This document shows, in pieces, positions 11,029 through 22,764 of a stretch of 64,000 nt of DNA (positions are counted from its first letter, which is position 1; each line of letters begins with the position of its first letter). Source of the DNA: Schizochytrium sp. TIO01 (lineage: Eukaryota > Protista > Bigyra: Labyrinthulomycetes); NCBI GenBank assembly GCA_004764695.1, contig SMSO01000005.1:1364001-1428000 (forward strand), written 5' to 3'. The notes below the pieces were generated by a model. It was not told the origin of the DNA, made no database searches, and saw only the letters and a list, made by a program, of their open reading frames with translations. The translations under genes and the position numbers were made by a program.

Positions 11029-12880
11029 ATGGAGGCCGAGGACGCCAACTCGTGGGATGGCGAGGAGGAGCATGGTATTCAGGAGTATGGTGTTCAAGAA
11101 CGTGAGCAAGGGCTTGCAAAACAAACTCAAGAAATCCCTAAGGAATCTCATAGAAGCAACAAGAGCAGTGACAGTGCTGAGGATGACAGTGCATGAGGAT
11201 GACAGAGATGAGGATGACAGTGATGAGGATAACAGTGATGGGGGCGACAGTGACGAGGATGATAGTGATGAAGATGACAGTGATGAGGTTGATAGTGATG
11301 AAGATGACAGTAATGGGAACGCAACCACGAGTGTTGTTCAGGAAGGTGCTGATTCACAAAGGGACAAATTAAACAGTGCATCTCATAGTGAGTCTGGCAA
11401 AAGAAGCTTCTCATCGACTGGAAATAGTGTACTTGTTTTTGAAGATGGTATGAAACCTAATCAGAAACAAATAAGCATAACTAGTTCTGAGGAAAGTGAC
11501 CTGAAGCGAAATGAAGACCTTGGAGTGCGGGAGCCAAATCATATCAGTGATATTGATGCCGATCCTCACGATGGATTTTCATCAATCCCAGAGTTTGAAC
11601 GATGGACAATGGATCAGACGGGTACCTCCCCAAACTCCTGGAAACAACATCTAGATTATATTATTGAAATATTTTTAGCCGGAGGACACCGCTGGAGCGG
11701 TTCTCTCAAGGAGGCTATAGACCTTATTCATGAAGGCGAGCAGAAAAAGCTTCAGATCACCTTTTCTGAAATGCGACACGCAACTTTACGGAATGTTGAA
11801 GCAAATGGTTCTGCCCAAGGAAGCGAGTATCGCGACGCTGACGAGAACGCCGGCGTAGATGACGAGTCCGATGGAGATGACGATGATCCACTGAGTTACA
11901 CCTCCGGATCTGATGAAGATGATTTACCCTATGAGGGAGGTCCCCAATTTAGTTCGCTTGGAATAGAAAAAATGATGCGGATGCTTGCTCGTTGGCGACA
12001 AGGTCTGAACTTAGAGAGTTGTCATAGTACACGCGTGGCGGCTTTGACAGTTTTACAAGCAGGTCCAGAGGTATTAGATATTCTTGAGCCCTTGGCAGAA
12101 TATTGGTCCATGCAACTAGTGCACTCTAGTGAACTGTGTGAGCAACTGATAAATAGCTGGCTCGGTGAACTTTGGGCCGCTATGCTATGCGTGTATACTG
12201 CGAGCCTGCATACTGAGGTACGCGTTGAAGAGCGCATTACAGAGGTTGGATTACAGCTAATGCAGGAACCAGAAGAGTCAAGCAGGACATTATGTGATTC
12301 TGTGGTATATATCACAGATTTAATTACTGAGCCGGACCAAGTTCGGGCGGACATGAAGGCCAGCCTCTCTCGATTTTTCAATGATAAACGTCTGGTTCGT
12401 GGAGCGCTGCTTGCTTTATGCAAGCCATTTGCAAGCTCAGTGGCAGACCTTGAACAAATCAATCGAGCTATCTGCAACCGAGATCCCATTTCAATTTCAA
12501 TACATGACAAGGGGTCTTTAGTCGAATTGATTTCAACAGGTGGCATTTCCTCAAATTCACAACGACGGATGGGCACAGAGGACCGGGCTATTTGCCTTGC
12601 AGTTTTGGATCATCTCACAGGAAAAGTAACCGAAAATAGTCTGGAGTGTCAAATTTTGCGAGCAGTGGCACTAACTTTTGGATCAGGGGCAAGCCTTGAT
12701 GCAGAAGTGTATAGAGAGCGAGCTCAGCAAGATGAACTTGAAGATGCGGTGGTGCGTGTTGAAGACTCGTTGTCTATGTTTCGAGATGAGATGGCAGTGG
12801 TTTTAGCCTCAGCTTCTCAGCTTGTACTACATGCAGCAACAACAGGAAATGAAATATCACAGATAAGGAATCATGACTAA
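11029..12880 (+). CDS. Uncharacterised acidic protein with DDSDE repeats; apparent 1-nt frameshift near 11191-11194 (pseudogene or assembly error)
   Basis: The ATG at 11029 reads MEAEDANSWDGEEEHG...SDSAEDDSA* (stop 11194-11196). The same GAT-GAC-AGT-GAT-GAG repeat continues in the +1 frame, which is open to 12880. Confidence 0.7.
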
Positions 12881-13252
12881 TTGAAGTAGTACTAAAAGGT
12901 AATTGTTGAAGTAAAGATTTTTGTGGAAAAGGGTATACTCAGTTGCTGTGCAAATGAAGCAGAATTTCATAATGTATTCGTTGCTGGTTTCTTGTTCTTG
13001 GGGGGAAGGATAAATGCTATAGGCATCTGACAGAGTACATCATTGAGGGCGGCAGTAGCTCTTGGCAATCTGTGAAGGGGGTTTGGCCATGTGAAATAAA
13101 GGGGCGTACAGAACCTGAAAATCCTAGATTTGCATATCGCAGAGTACGTGCTCACAACTGCAAAAGGGAAAGTGGTTGTCCTCTACACAGTCACCCAAGC
13201 TGACAAAGTCTCCTCTGTTAATGATGTATGGTAGGTTGTAAGTGTGCTAAAT

Positions 13253-14197
13253 TCAAACATGAGCGAGAGCGCGAGGTTCGTGCTCCTCCTCTTGCTCGTA
13301 CTCGATCTCGACAGTCTTTCCAGACTTGCCAGACTTGCCTCCCTTCTTGGGTCGCTTTGAGGGGTCCGATGGTGCTGCTTTCCTGGGGCGCTTTCCATTC
13401 GAGGAAGGAGCTTCGTCATCGTCATCGTCGTCATCGTCGTCGTCCTCATCATCGTCGTCCTGGCCGCCAGTCCAGGGGTCGTAGTCCTCAAGGTCCGAAT
13501 CATCGTCCGAGTCCACAGGTCCCTCAACGAACTCGACCTGGCCGGTCATTTCGTCATCTTCCTCTTCCTCGTCCTCAAATTCCTCTTCATCTTCGTACTC
13601 TTCCTCTTCTTCGACCTGTTTGAGGGCGCTTTCATACTCAATAGACGGGAAGTTGTAAATGTCTCCGTAGGTGTTCTGTTTGAGGCGGTCGAGGAGTTCC
13701 TTTTCGATAGCCTTGTCAATCATGGCTGCCGAAAGGGCCTTTGCTTCGCGCTTCTTCTCGCGACGCTCAGCCTTCTGATCGATAGCAACAACCTTGGGTT
13801 TGTTTTTCTTGCGGAGCTTGCGCATGCGGATTAGGTACTGGTGGATTTTCGTCAATCTCTGTTTGCATTTGAGCTTGAGTGATGCTGACCAGAACTCAAT
13901 GTGCTTTTCAACGGTGGCAATAGCCTGCGCATAATTCCTAGGCAACAGGACTCGCTCCCACAGATATTTGGGCGTGTGTGCGCGCTCGGCGGTTTTCATG
14001 TAGAGGTAGATGCGGCCCTCTTCCTCCTTGATGGTGGCGTATTGACTGTTTGCGAGTGGACAGCTGGTCCTGTTACAAAGGCCAGTGACATTGTCGGTGT
14101 TTCTGCAGAACCGCTGCTCTTGTTTGGAGATCGCCACCTTATATGAGCATGATTGCTTGTTACCAATGATCGACCAAATCAGATCATCGTGCTGCAT
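13253..14197 (-). CDS. MAK16: Ribosome biogenesis protein MAK16 (eL28/Mak16 family)
   Basis: [69 protein letters not shown], acidic tail and VEIEYEQE. Confidence 0.97.
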   Translation of the reverse strand: MQHDDLIWSIIGNKQSCSYKVAISKQEQRFCRNTDNVTGLCNRTSCPLANSQYATIKEEEGRIYLYMKTAERAHTPKYLWERVLLPRNYAQAIATVEKHIEFWSASLKLKCKQRLTKIHQYLIRMRKLRKKNKPKVVAIDQKAERREKKREAKALSAAMIDKAIEKELLDRLKQNTYGDIYNFPSIEYESALKQVEEEEEYEDEEEFEDEEEEDDEMTGQVEFVEGPVDSDDDSDLEDYDPWTGGQDDDDEDDDDDDDDDDEAPSSNGKRPRKAAPSDPSKRPKKGGKSGKSGKTVEIEYEQEEEHEPRALAHV

Positions 14198-15247
14198 TTT
14201 GCTAAAAGCACTTGAAGAATCTGCTCCTCAAATTACGCGTTAATCAATGAAGCTCGTGTGGGATTAAGAATCAAGGGGTGAAGGTTTGCAAACGCGTATC
14301 GTTTGCTCTGAAGATGCTGCTGTTGCTTGCTTCTTCAAACCAGAATATACTTGTACAGTATGTCTTTTGACTGGTGGTCTGGGTCTCACCTCCAAAGAGC
14401 AGGAGAAACCAATCAACCAATCAAGATTCGATGTTCGACCAAAGTCTCCGGTTCCCGAGCGGAGAATAAACCTGCACGGCCACACGGGACCTTCGCTCGC
14501 ACCTCGAACCTGACGAAGAAAGCGCCCCAACGACACCAGGGCCCACAAAATACTCGACTTTGCTGTCTCGAGCCTGTGGTTCTTGGCAACCAACCTCTCC
14601 TTCTGCGACCACCCAGTCAATTGCCACTGCTTCCTCCGTGCGCACTGCACCTCCCACCAAATAAAGAATATCCTTGGTTCCACTATGGTTCCACATCTGA
14701 GCTGGAAAAGGACCGCAGTAGTTCCAGCTGCGTTCTGACCCACTGGGCACGTGAGCGACTCTATAAGGGCTTGCTCCAGTACCAAGGTTGGGCGCCAGGA
14801 ACAGGGAACGGGGTTGAAACATGAGGGGTTCGAGGGCTCTGGCTGGCTAGCTAGCTAGCTAGCTAGATACCCTAGAGGTGTATGTATACATGGGTACATA
14901 TATATACAAACAGGAATGAAATGAGTGATTGTTTTGGCTCGAGACTTTTTGTTTTTATGTTGCTTACTCAAGGCTTGATTAATTTTATTTTACAAAAGAA
15001 AGACTAACTTCGAAGCTATTTGTTGCCCCTGATTGGAGTGGAATACAAATAAAGCGGTAGCAAGAAATCGGTGATCGCGAGTGACAGTGCTGTTGCCCAA
15101 GCTGCGCGGTCTTGTGGAACTCACTCACTTCACTTCACTTCACGTGCATTTATTCCACCATGCACAGCGAGAACGCCATTCGTTCACCATTGATCCGCCC
15201 ATCGACCTATACATCAAACCAAGCTCTTCAAGAAAGCAGGCTTTGGG

Positions 15248-15327
15248 ATACATACATACATTCATTCATACATACAATACATACATACATACATACATAC
15301 ATACATTCATTCATTCATACATTCATT
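15248..15327. repeat. Compound (TACA)n/(TTCA)n microsatellite
   Basis: Read directly from the sequence. Confidence 0.85.
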
Positions 15328-16177
15328 CGTGGTGCTGATAGCTGAGTAAGTCAGTAGCTCGTATTGAGGTGGCCATGCCACCAAAGGCTTCCACCATTGC
15401 CAAGTGCGGTCGGGCCGCTTCCGCATGGAGAAGAACTTGCTTGCTTCAGCCACAGCTGAGAAGGACACACCACGCAGCAGCAGCTTTGGTGCCTAGCAGG
15501 CCCAAGTGAAGTCGTCCATGGCCTCCCATCGGGGTCTTGTCTTGTCTTGTCTTGTCTTGGCTTGTCTTGTCTTGTCCGCTTGTGGGCAAGGCAGGATTCT
15601 AAACTTAGAAAACCCGACGTCATTGCATTCGCTGATTGGTTCCTCTGATTGATTGAATGGTTGATTGATTGGGTCGTTCCTGTACACCGCAAGATCCAAT
15701 TCCTTCGCCGTCGATTGCGTCATCCTTCAACTTTCAAATATGGCGCCCCGCTCTTGCCAAAGGTCTGCGGAAACCCTCGTGAGACTCGCGAAGTTTGCGA
15801 GACTTGCGAGACTTGCTCGCTGTCTGCCCATCATTCGTGCCTTGCCTTGCCTTGCCTTGCCTTGCCTCGAGCCTGCTTCCGTAACCTGCGTGCCTTTCAC
15901 GGCGCCGCTGCCCACACGAGGGCGCCCCTAAGTTCGCCCGCCGCTCACGTTTGACCATGTGGCTTGGAGCGATCCCGCCGATCGATCTCTGTGCTCATTT
16001 CTACGCCTTTCGCGCTCAGTTCAAGATCAACAAACAACCACTGCGTCTGTGCATCCGACTCTGCCGATCTGACGAAGAGTCGAATCGATTGACTCATCGA
16101 CTAACTGACTGACAGACGGAGGAGTCTCTATTTCCGAGAGCTCGAAGTTCTTCTCCGTCCATCGATCATCACTCGGT

Positions 16178-16293
16178 TTGTTTGTTTATCTATTTGTACA
16201 TTTCTTTGTATATTTGCTTGTTTATCTATTTGTACATTTCTTTGTATATTTGTTTGTTTGTTTGTTTGTTTGTTTGTTTGTTTGTTTGTTTGT
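16178..16293. repeat. ~36-bp tandem duplication followed by (TTTG)n
   Basis: ttgtttatctatttgtacatttctttgtatatttg occurs twice, then a TTTG array. Confidence 0.85.
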
Positions 16294-17028
16294 CTGTTCT
16301 CGCGCTCCCAGTTCTTCCCTTGCTCTTCCCAAGTGTTCCCAGGGACGTTTCTGCAAGACGGCCCCCATCTGTCCCCTCGGGCAAATGGCTTTTCTTCTTA
16401 TATATATATATATAGAGAGACAGACATCGCAGAAACCCTCGAACTTTCTTTCTAAAGTGGAATTTAAAAGCTTTTTCCCCTGCTAAGTCTAAGGAGTTAG
16501 TTGGGACTGACGGCTGCTTTTTGTCTTCACTGGGGGATAGGTGGTAGGGATACAGGTGGTGGAGGCGTAGGGGCGGGAGTGTGGGAGGGTGTTCGCAGGT
16601 GATTGAGAGGAGTGCTTTCGTTTCGTCAGCGCCATTGGGAAAGAGAGAGAGAGAGAGAGAGCGATAACACAACCACGAAGAAACCAACCAACCAACCAAG
16701 CAACCAACCACCCACCCGCGCGGGCTTTCACAGAAAGATCGAAAGGCACTCTGCCTCTGACGATGGTGCCGATGCCGCTGCTGAATGCCTCGCCCCCCCC
16801 AGAGCCTTCGATCGCAGCCCTGCGCTCAAAAATCTTCAAGCTTATGAAATCATCGTCATCCTCGTCGTCATCTCCTTCCTTCTTCTCAGCTCTATCCAAA
16901 TCGAGGGCGGCGTCCTCCTAACCTAAACCACAGGACTTCATAGGCCCACCCAGCGAGAGAGAGAATACTAGAAGAACAAAAAAACTAAAAAAGTGCGGCC
17001 GGCGGACGGCCCTAATAGAAGATATTAA

Positions 17029-17065
<37 letters not shown>

Positions 17066-17072
17066 GAGAGAG
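17029..17072. repeat. (GATA)n(GA)n microsatellite
   Basis: Read directly from the sequence. Confidence 0.85.
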
Positions 17073-19483
17073 ACCAGTGCCCTGCGTCAGTAGCAGCGGC
17101 TACGGCGCACGCAGCGCACTGCGGGACCAGGAAGGCCTGCGTGTGGTCTTTGGTTAAAGATTTAAAAACTCACCGGGGCGGGTAGGTGGCGCCTAGGAGG
17201 TGCTAGGGGCCTTTGTTCATTTAAGTTAGCTAGTTAGTTAGTTAGTTAGTTAGTTAATAATTACTGCTTGGTGGGAAGAAGAGAGAAAGAGAAAGACCGT
17301 CTAAGGCGAAGAACTTAAGGGACATCGATGGAGCGAAGGCGGCGATGCGATAGGCCGCGCTGAGGCTCGAACTTGGGAGCGCTGGGCTTGCGAAGACGGA
17401 CTCCCGCACGATGAGGCTACGGTGAGGACTTGGGACGGGGAGCGGACGCGAGGAGCCGAGGCCTTGGACGTCCCCGCCAGCTTTATTTAGAGCAGACCGC
17501 GGCCGAGGAGTTCGGAAGACCGCCAGGGAACCCGCACGTCCCTTCCTTCCTTCGGCTTCCTGTGAAGATTATTTATTATCTCATTCATGCAAACAAAGAG
17601 GCGAAGAAACACAGACAGCGAATGCTTGACGACAGAGGGAGAGGGAGGAGAGGAAGGAGAAGAGGAGCGAGCTGCTGCTGGTAAGAGGCGCTCTGAGTGA
17701 CGGATTGGGCCATCAATCGCTCGGATCACTCAGCTTTGCCCACCTTGTTGTCGTCAAGATTCTATCGCATTACTTACTTACTTACTTACTTACTGTACGT
17801 AAGAACGAACGAACGTACGTATATGTATTATTTCTACCGTAATGATTTTTTCATAATTTGCTGTTCTCATAATTTGTGCATTTGATTTCATTCAATGTAG
17901 CACTTTCATAATTTATAATAATTTTTTGGATGAAGTCAATGAAGGAATGATTAGGGACCTCTGAAGGGAGGTCATTCCATTCATTCGTTAAGAACTTCAA
18001 GAATCACACACGCCGTCCTTCGAGCTCAATCGGTTGACCGCTCCCCCATTTCATGAATACATCATACGTGTAGATACGCACAGCTCAGCTCAGCTCAGCT
18101 CAGTTCGCCGGAATCCTCTGGAATCGAGGACGCAGTGAACTCTGTCTGCTTTGCTTTGCTTTGCTTTGGCTCTTCTCTTCTGTCCTTTCCTCCTCTTTTC
18201 CCCTTCTTTTCCCCTTCTTTTCCGTCCTTCGGACAAATTCACAAACACGAACTATGCATCGCCAGCCATTAGAGACACCTTTACCTAGTCCCTATGGTTC
18301 GTTAGTGCTCCAGCTATGGGCGGCGGCTTCTCAGGCGGAAAAAGCAGGACAAAGAAAGAAATCTCTTTTTATTGCTATTAGTTCCTATTTGTTACCTTCA
18401 CAACATCCATCATTTTGGAATAAGTTTGAAATTGTTCTTTAAAGTTTTTCTCTTCTCGAGCGGCTAATGGGCTCTAGTACCACTGGTAGGACGGCCTTTT
18501 AACGATAGTCGGAAAAGTATGGGAGAAAAACAAGTTCAAAGCGCTTCGACTTTGAGGCCTGAAAAGCAAACCCACAACTCAGCGTTGAGCATTGAGCGCG
18601 TTCCCGCACTCAAGAGAAGCAAGCAAGCAAAAGCAAGCAAGCAATCAAAGCCATAATCGCATCTGACGGCAGCATCATCGCCAGCGTCATCAGCTTCATC
18701 AGCAGCAGCCCCTGACTGAAAGAAGCAGCAGAAGAGAAGAATTTGAACGCGGCTCGTCCGTTCCCATCCTTCGACTCGATCTGCCTGCGTGGAACCCCTG
18801 GAACGAATACTCCGTGTGCGGTATCCGTAACCACCCTCAGAGCGAGTCTGATTTCCGAGCAGGCTTCGACAGAGACCCGATCGAAATCCGTCCATCGTCC
18901 CACCAATCCGAGGAATTAGTCCATCTATCGAGCCATCGAGCTATCGAGTATCCAGCGCCGGCAGCAGAGCCGTCGAACGCAGGAAGAGAGCGAGAGCGAG
19001 AGTTGACCGCCCGTTCGGAATCGATCGGGAACGCAGCAGCACGTAGTTGGATCCTGGACCGCCGGCGGCAACAGCCATATCATCGAGGCCACCGTGGACA
19101 CCGTGTACCGGTAGGTAGAGGGGCTTAAGCTGAGCTGAGCGCTCAGATCGAACGAGCAAGCACTTGAGGCGAAAGTCCTACCCCGAGCGGCTGGCTCAGA
19201 ACTCCTTCTCTGAGGAGCCACGCCACTCTCCGCGAGCATCTTGGGCGAGGCAGACCTGATTCATTTCTGATCTGCTCGAAAGATCGATCTCGAGATCTAT
19301 CTCGCGAAGATCCTTGCACATACCAAACCCTCCCTCCTCGACCAGGGCAGGCAGCAAAACCGAAATCAACAACAGCAACAGCACCTCTCGAGGGACTCTC
19401 AGAAGCACCAGAGCCGGTAGCAGCAGCAGCAGCAGCAGCAGGAGCAGAAGAAGAAGAACAAACAAACAAACAAACAAACAAAG

Positions 19484-19783
19484 ATGTCCTGGAAAGAGCG
19501 CGTCGCAGCGGTCCTGGTCTCCTCGATCGGCAGGTTGACACACCATGCTCGCCATTCCCACGGAAACGTCGCCGGCGTTGACGAGGCCGCCACCCGGCTG
19601 TACCGCCGCGAGCTGATGCAGTGGTCGCCCAGGGTCGAGTCCTCGCTCACCCACGCTCGCGACGTCCTGGCGCTCGGCGCCGTCGGCTTTGCCTACGGCT
19701 ACTCCATCGGCCAGACGGAGATCCCGTACGAGCCGCGCTGGCGCTTCACCGCGGAGGAGCGCGCTTACTACGCATCTCTGTAA
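19484..19783 (+). CDS. Small uncharacterised protein (99 aa; 127 aa if a candidate intron 19780-20052 is spliced)
   Basis: ATG directly follows an (AAAC)n-AAAG leader. Third codon positions are strongly C/G, unlike the flanks. One hydrophobic segment, VLALGAVGFAYGYSIG. Confidence 0.65.
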   Translation: MSWKERVAAVLVSSIGRLTHHARHSHGNVAGVDEAATRLYRRELMQWSPRVESSLTHARDVLALGAVGFAYGYSIGQTEIPYEPRWRFTAEERAYYASL

Positions 19784-20597
19784 GCTCAAGCCTGAACCAA
19801 GCTCTCGCCGAGGAATCACTTCGTTCTACTTCCTCGTTCGGTATGTATCCAAGCATCCTGGACATCCCGGAGATCTCTTGAGCCCAAGATGTCTTTGACG
19901 AATACCTGGTAGACGGAGCTGGTGCCGCGACCCGAGGTCCCGGGTTCTTGCACCCGGTGCTTGGCGTCGTCTGCGCACGAAGCTTCTTGCCTTGCCCGGT
20001 CTGCGAGCTCTCTCGAACGAGAAAGCTCGCTCGCACCGGCGCCTGTTTTTAGTTCCCATTCACTTCACGATCTCAACAACGTAGCGACTGCTTTGCGGCT
20101 CCGCCATCTTGATATCTCTGGAGCCGCCGCTATGGTCTAAGATAAGACGTACCTCCACCAACACCATATTTATAGACCCCTTTGTGTACCAAATATAACG
20201 ATCTTATCCTGTCATGTCCATGTCTCATCAGTTCCTGTCCTTTTGGGAGTTGGAGTTAGTGAGTTCTTTCTGCATTGTTTGTGAATTGTTTAATTAGAAA
20301 AAAACAAAAAGAAAGAAAGAAAGAAAGAAAGGAAAAAAGCAGCGACCAAAACTTTGGGGGTTCAAGCTCCTCCACGCAGGTTAGAACTACTGCGGCAGAA
20401 AAGGCACCTTGTACTGATGGGGGTGCGTTGCCTCTTGCGCGGTTGCGAGGAGACGCCGACTTTTGATGTTTTGAGTGCTGGCCCTACGGTTTTCTTCGAG
20501 GCATGCACAAAGCCTAGAGTTCGGTGAGAGGCGAGAATGAACGCAACTGCGCCGTAGGAACCGTGGAGCACTGAAGGTGACCTGATTAAGCAAGACA

Positions 20598-20683
20598 TAT
20601 CCGCAACGAAGGCCTTTGCCAACGAAGGGGTCAGTCAGTCTATCCGCAACGAAGGCCTTTGCCAACGAAGGGGTCAGTCAGTC
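20598..20683. repeat. 43-bp perfect tandem duplication
   Basis: tatccgcaacgaaggcctttgccaacgaaggggtcagtcagtc at 20598 and again at 20641. Confidence 0.9.
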
Positions 20684-21306
20684 AGCAGCTTAACCCAACT
20701 TGAAGGAGGCTCAGCAGTTCGGAAGCGGCAAATAAGTTGCTGCAAGTATGAGACAACCTGAAGTGGTGAGTTAGTACCTGCGGTGATGCGAAGGCCATCG
20801 TGAGCTTCTAAATGTCTAGCGTGGTTCTACTCTTTAAAATTAGCCTATCTTCTGTTGATACGCGATATTTGAAGTACTTTCCATAAACCTTTCGTACGTC
20901 TCATTGAGCTGGCCTTCTCGTGATGATGGTTATTGTTGGTTTGTCTTTATGCCTCCAAAGTCAGCTCGAAAAGTCAGTGTATGTTTTGGTCTCTCTGGAG
21001 ACCTGGAGCTCCTTCTGAGCGTTTTATGACAAACTCTGGACGTTCCTGATAGGATAGGCGCTGCAGCTCCTATCAATCCCTTGGCGTGTGCAGAAAGCTA
21101 GCCACCACGGCCTCTAGGCTAGGTTTCTCGTACAGGAAGAAAGAAGATGTAATTCTCAGTTTGTCTAAGCTGACTTCTGAGTCTATTGGGTTGGTTGCTG
21201 TTCTGGCTATTTCCGCCAAGGAGAGCTTCGTCGAGGCCGCGGAATTATAACTCTGCGCAGGCCCACGCCATCACCGCATTTTATGGTCTCTACGCTGTTC
21301 TGCAAT

Positions 21307-21488
21307 AACTAAACTAAACTAAACTAAACTAAACTAAACTAAACTAAACTAAACTAAACTAAACTAAACTAAACTAAACTAAACTAAACTAAACTAAACT
21401 AAACTAAACTAAACTAAACTAAACGAAACTAAACTAAACTAAACTAAACTAAACTAAACTAAACTAAACTAAACGAAACTAAACTAAA
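21307..21488. repeat. (AAACT)n microsatellite, ~36 units
   Basis: Read directly; two AAACG variant units. Confidence 0.95.
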
Positions 21489-22764
21489 CATTGAATAAAA
21501 ACAAAATTGTATATAAAATATAAAACATAAAGAGCGCCAGGGCAATAATAACAGATGAATGAACATGGTACTTAGGTCCCTCGGAATGGGAAGGAATGCT
21601 CGGCTCTGCGCAGGCATTCTCCGAGAGCTTTCATCGAGGCAGCCCCGGAACACCAAGCAAGGCTCAGCACCATAGCCTCGCACGCTCCCGCGCAGCCTTG
21701 AATTGTGTCTCACGGGGGGCTGCTTATTTGGTTCTTCTGACGACTTCTTCCACTCTGCAATGGAGGTTAGCACCTTTGTATCATGTTAACGAGGTCGCCA
21801 ACGAACCCCAAAGGAGGCCCATTGTCAATGAAGAAGTTCGAGAGCAGCTCAAGAGAGACCATTCTGCTGCTTCTCTCTCGAAATGCACCACCGTTCTTCG
21901 TCGCTCTGCGCGAGACTGGCTGGCGGCTGCAAGCAATTGGCCAGGGCGTACGTAGGCTGGCGCGTTGATTCGTTTGCGAGCAAGAGACTATTTTACATTC
22001 TCACGGTTCTTCGCAGAGCACGGTTCCTGAGCCTGGGCATGAATGCATGCACTCGCGCAGATAGCTAGCTAGCTAGCTCTTCGCGGGGCTCGCAGGATCC
22101 TCGCGGGGACCGAGAATACCCGGAACTCACCCCCTTGCGCACGAGCTCGAGGGAGGGCGAGCGCGAGCAGGAAAGGAAACAGCGAAACGAAATGGCAGAC
22201 TTTGACATTGATTGATTGGCGCCAAGAGGTTCCCAAGAGCCTGAGGGCACACCCCAACTGCCCAGATGCTGGCTGGCTGGCTGGCCTGAACCAATCTCGA
22301 GCGGGGGCCTGAGAGAAGCAAGCTTGGACCAGTTCAGCAGATACCTCCAGACGCGAACCTCGCGCAGCAAGCGCCTCCGAACGGCTGCTGCGAGCACGGC
22401 GAAGAAGAAGCCAAGTTGGCGTGGGAGAATTGGCGAATTAATGTGCTCAGACTGACTTCTGGAGCATTGGAGATTGTCCGGTGCTAGTGTTTTTACTAGG
22501 TAGAGTGATAGGGCCTGTACAGATTTGAGGAAGCGAGGCAATGTAATGTAATGTAATGCAATGCAATGCAATGGAGGCCAATGTGTATAGGTAGATATGC
22601 ATGTATTAGGTAGAGGAGGCTCAGAAAGATATGCTTCTTGGTTGTGACCAGATGGCAGCAAATCTGAAATAGACGAAGATCGTGGGTTGATACTTGCAGC
22701 GTAGCACACGAAGTGGAGAGCGAGGTTGTGGAAAGTTGAGGCAGAAGATATACGGATACACAAC

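Noticed and set aside
14264-14824. Overlapping 133-173-aa ORFs upstream of MAK16
   Set aside because: No recognisable domain or codon bias; the sequence looks like a promoter.
20920-21018. Box C/D-like pair GTGATGA...CTGA
   Set aside because: No convincing terminal stem, and no rRNA-complementary guide was identified.
21307-21488. Possible interstitial telomere or CRISPR-like array
   Set aside because: Simple (AAACT)n with no spacers; TTAGGG occurs only as isolated single copies in the window.
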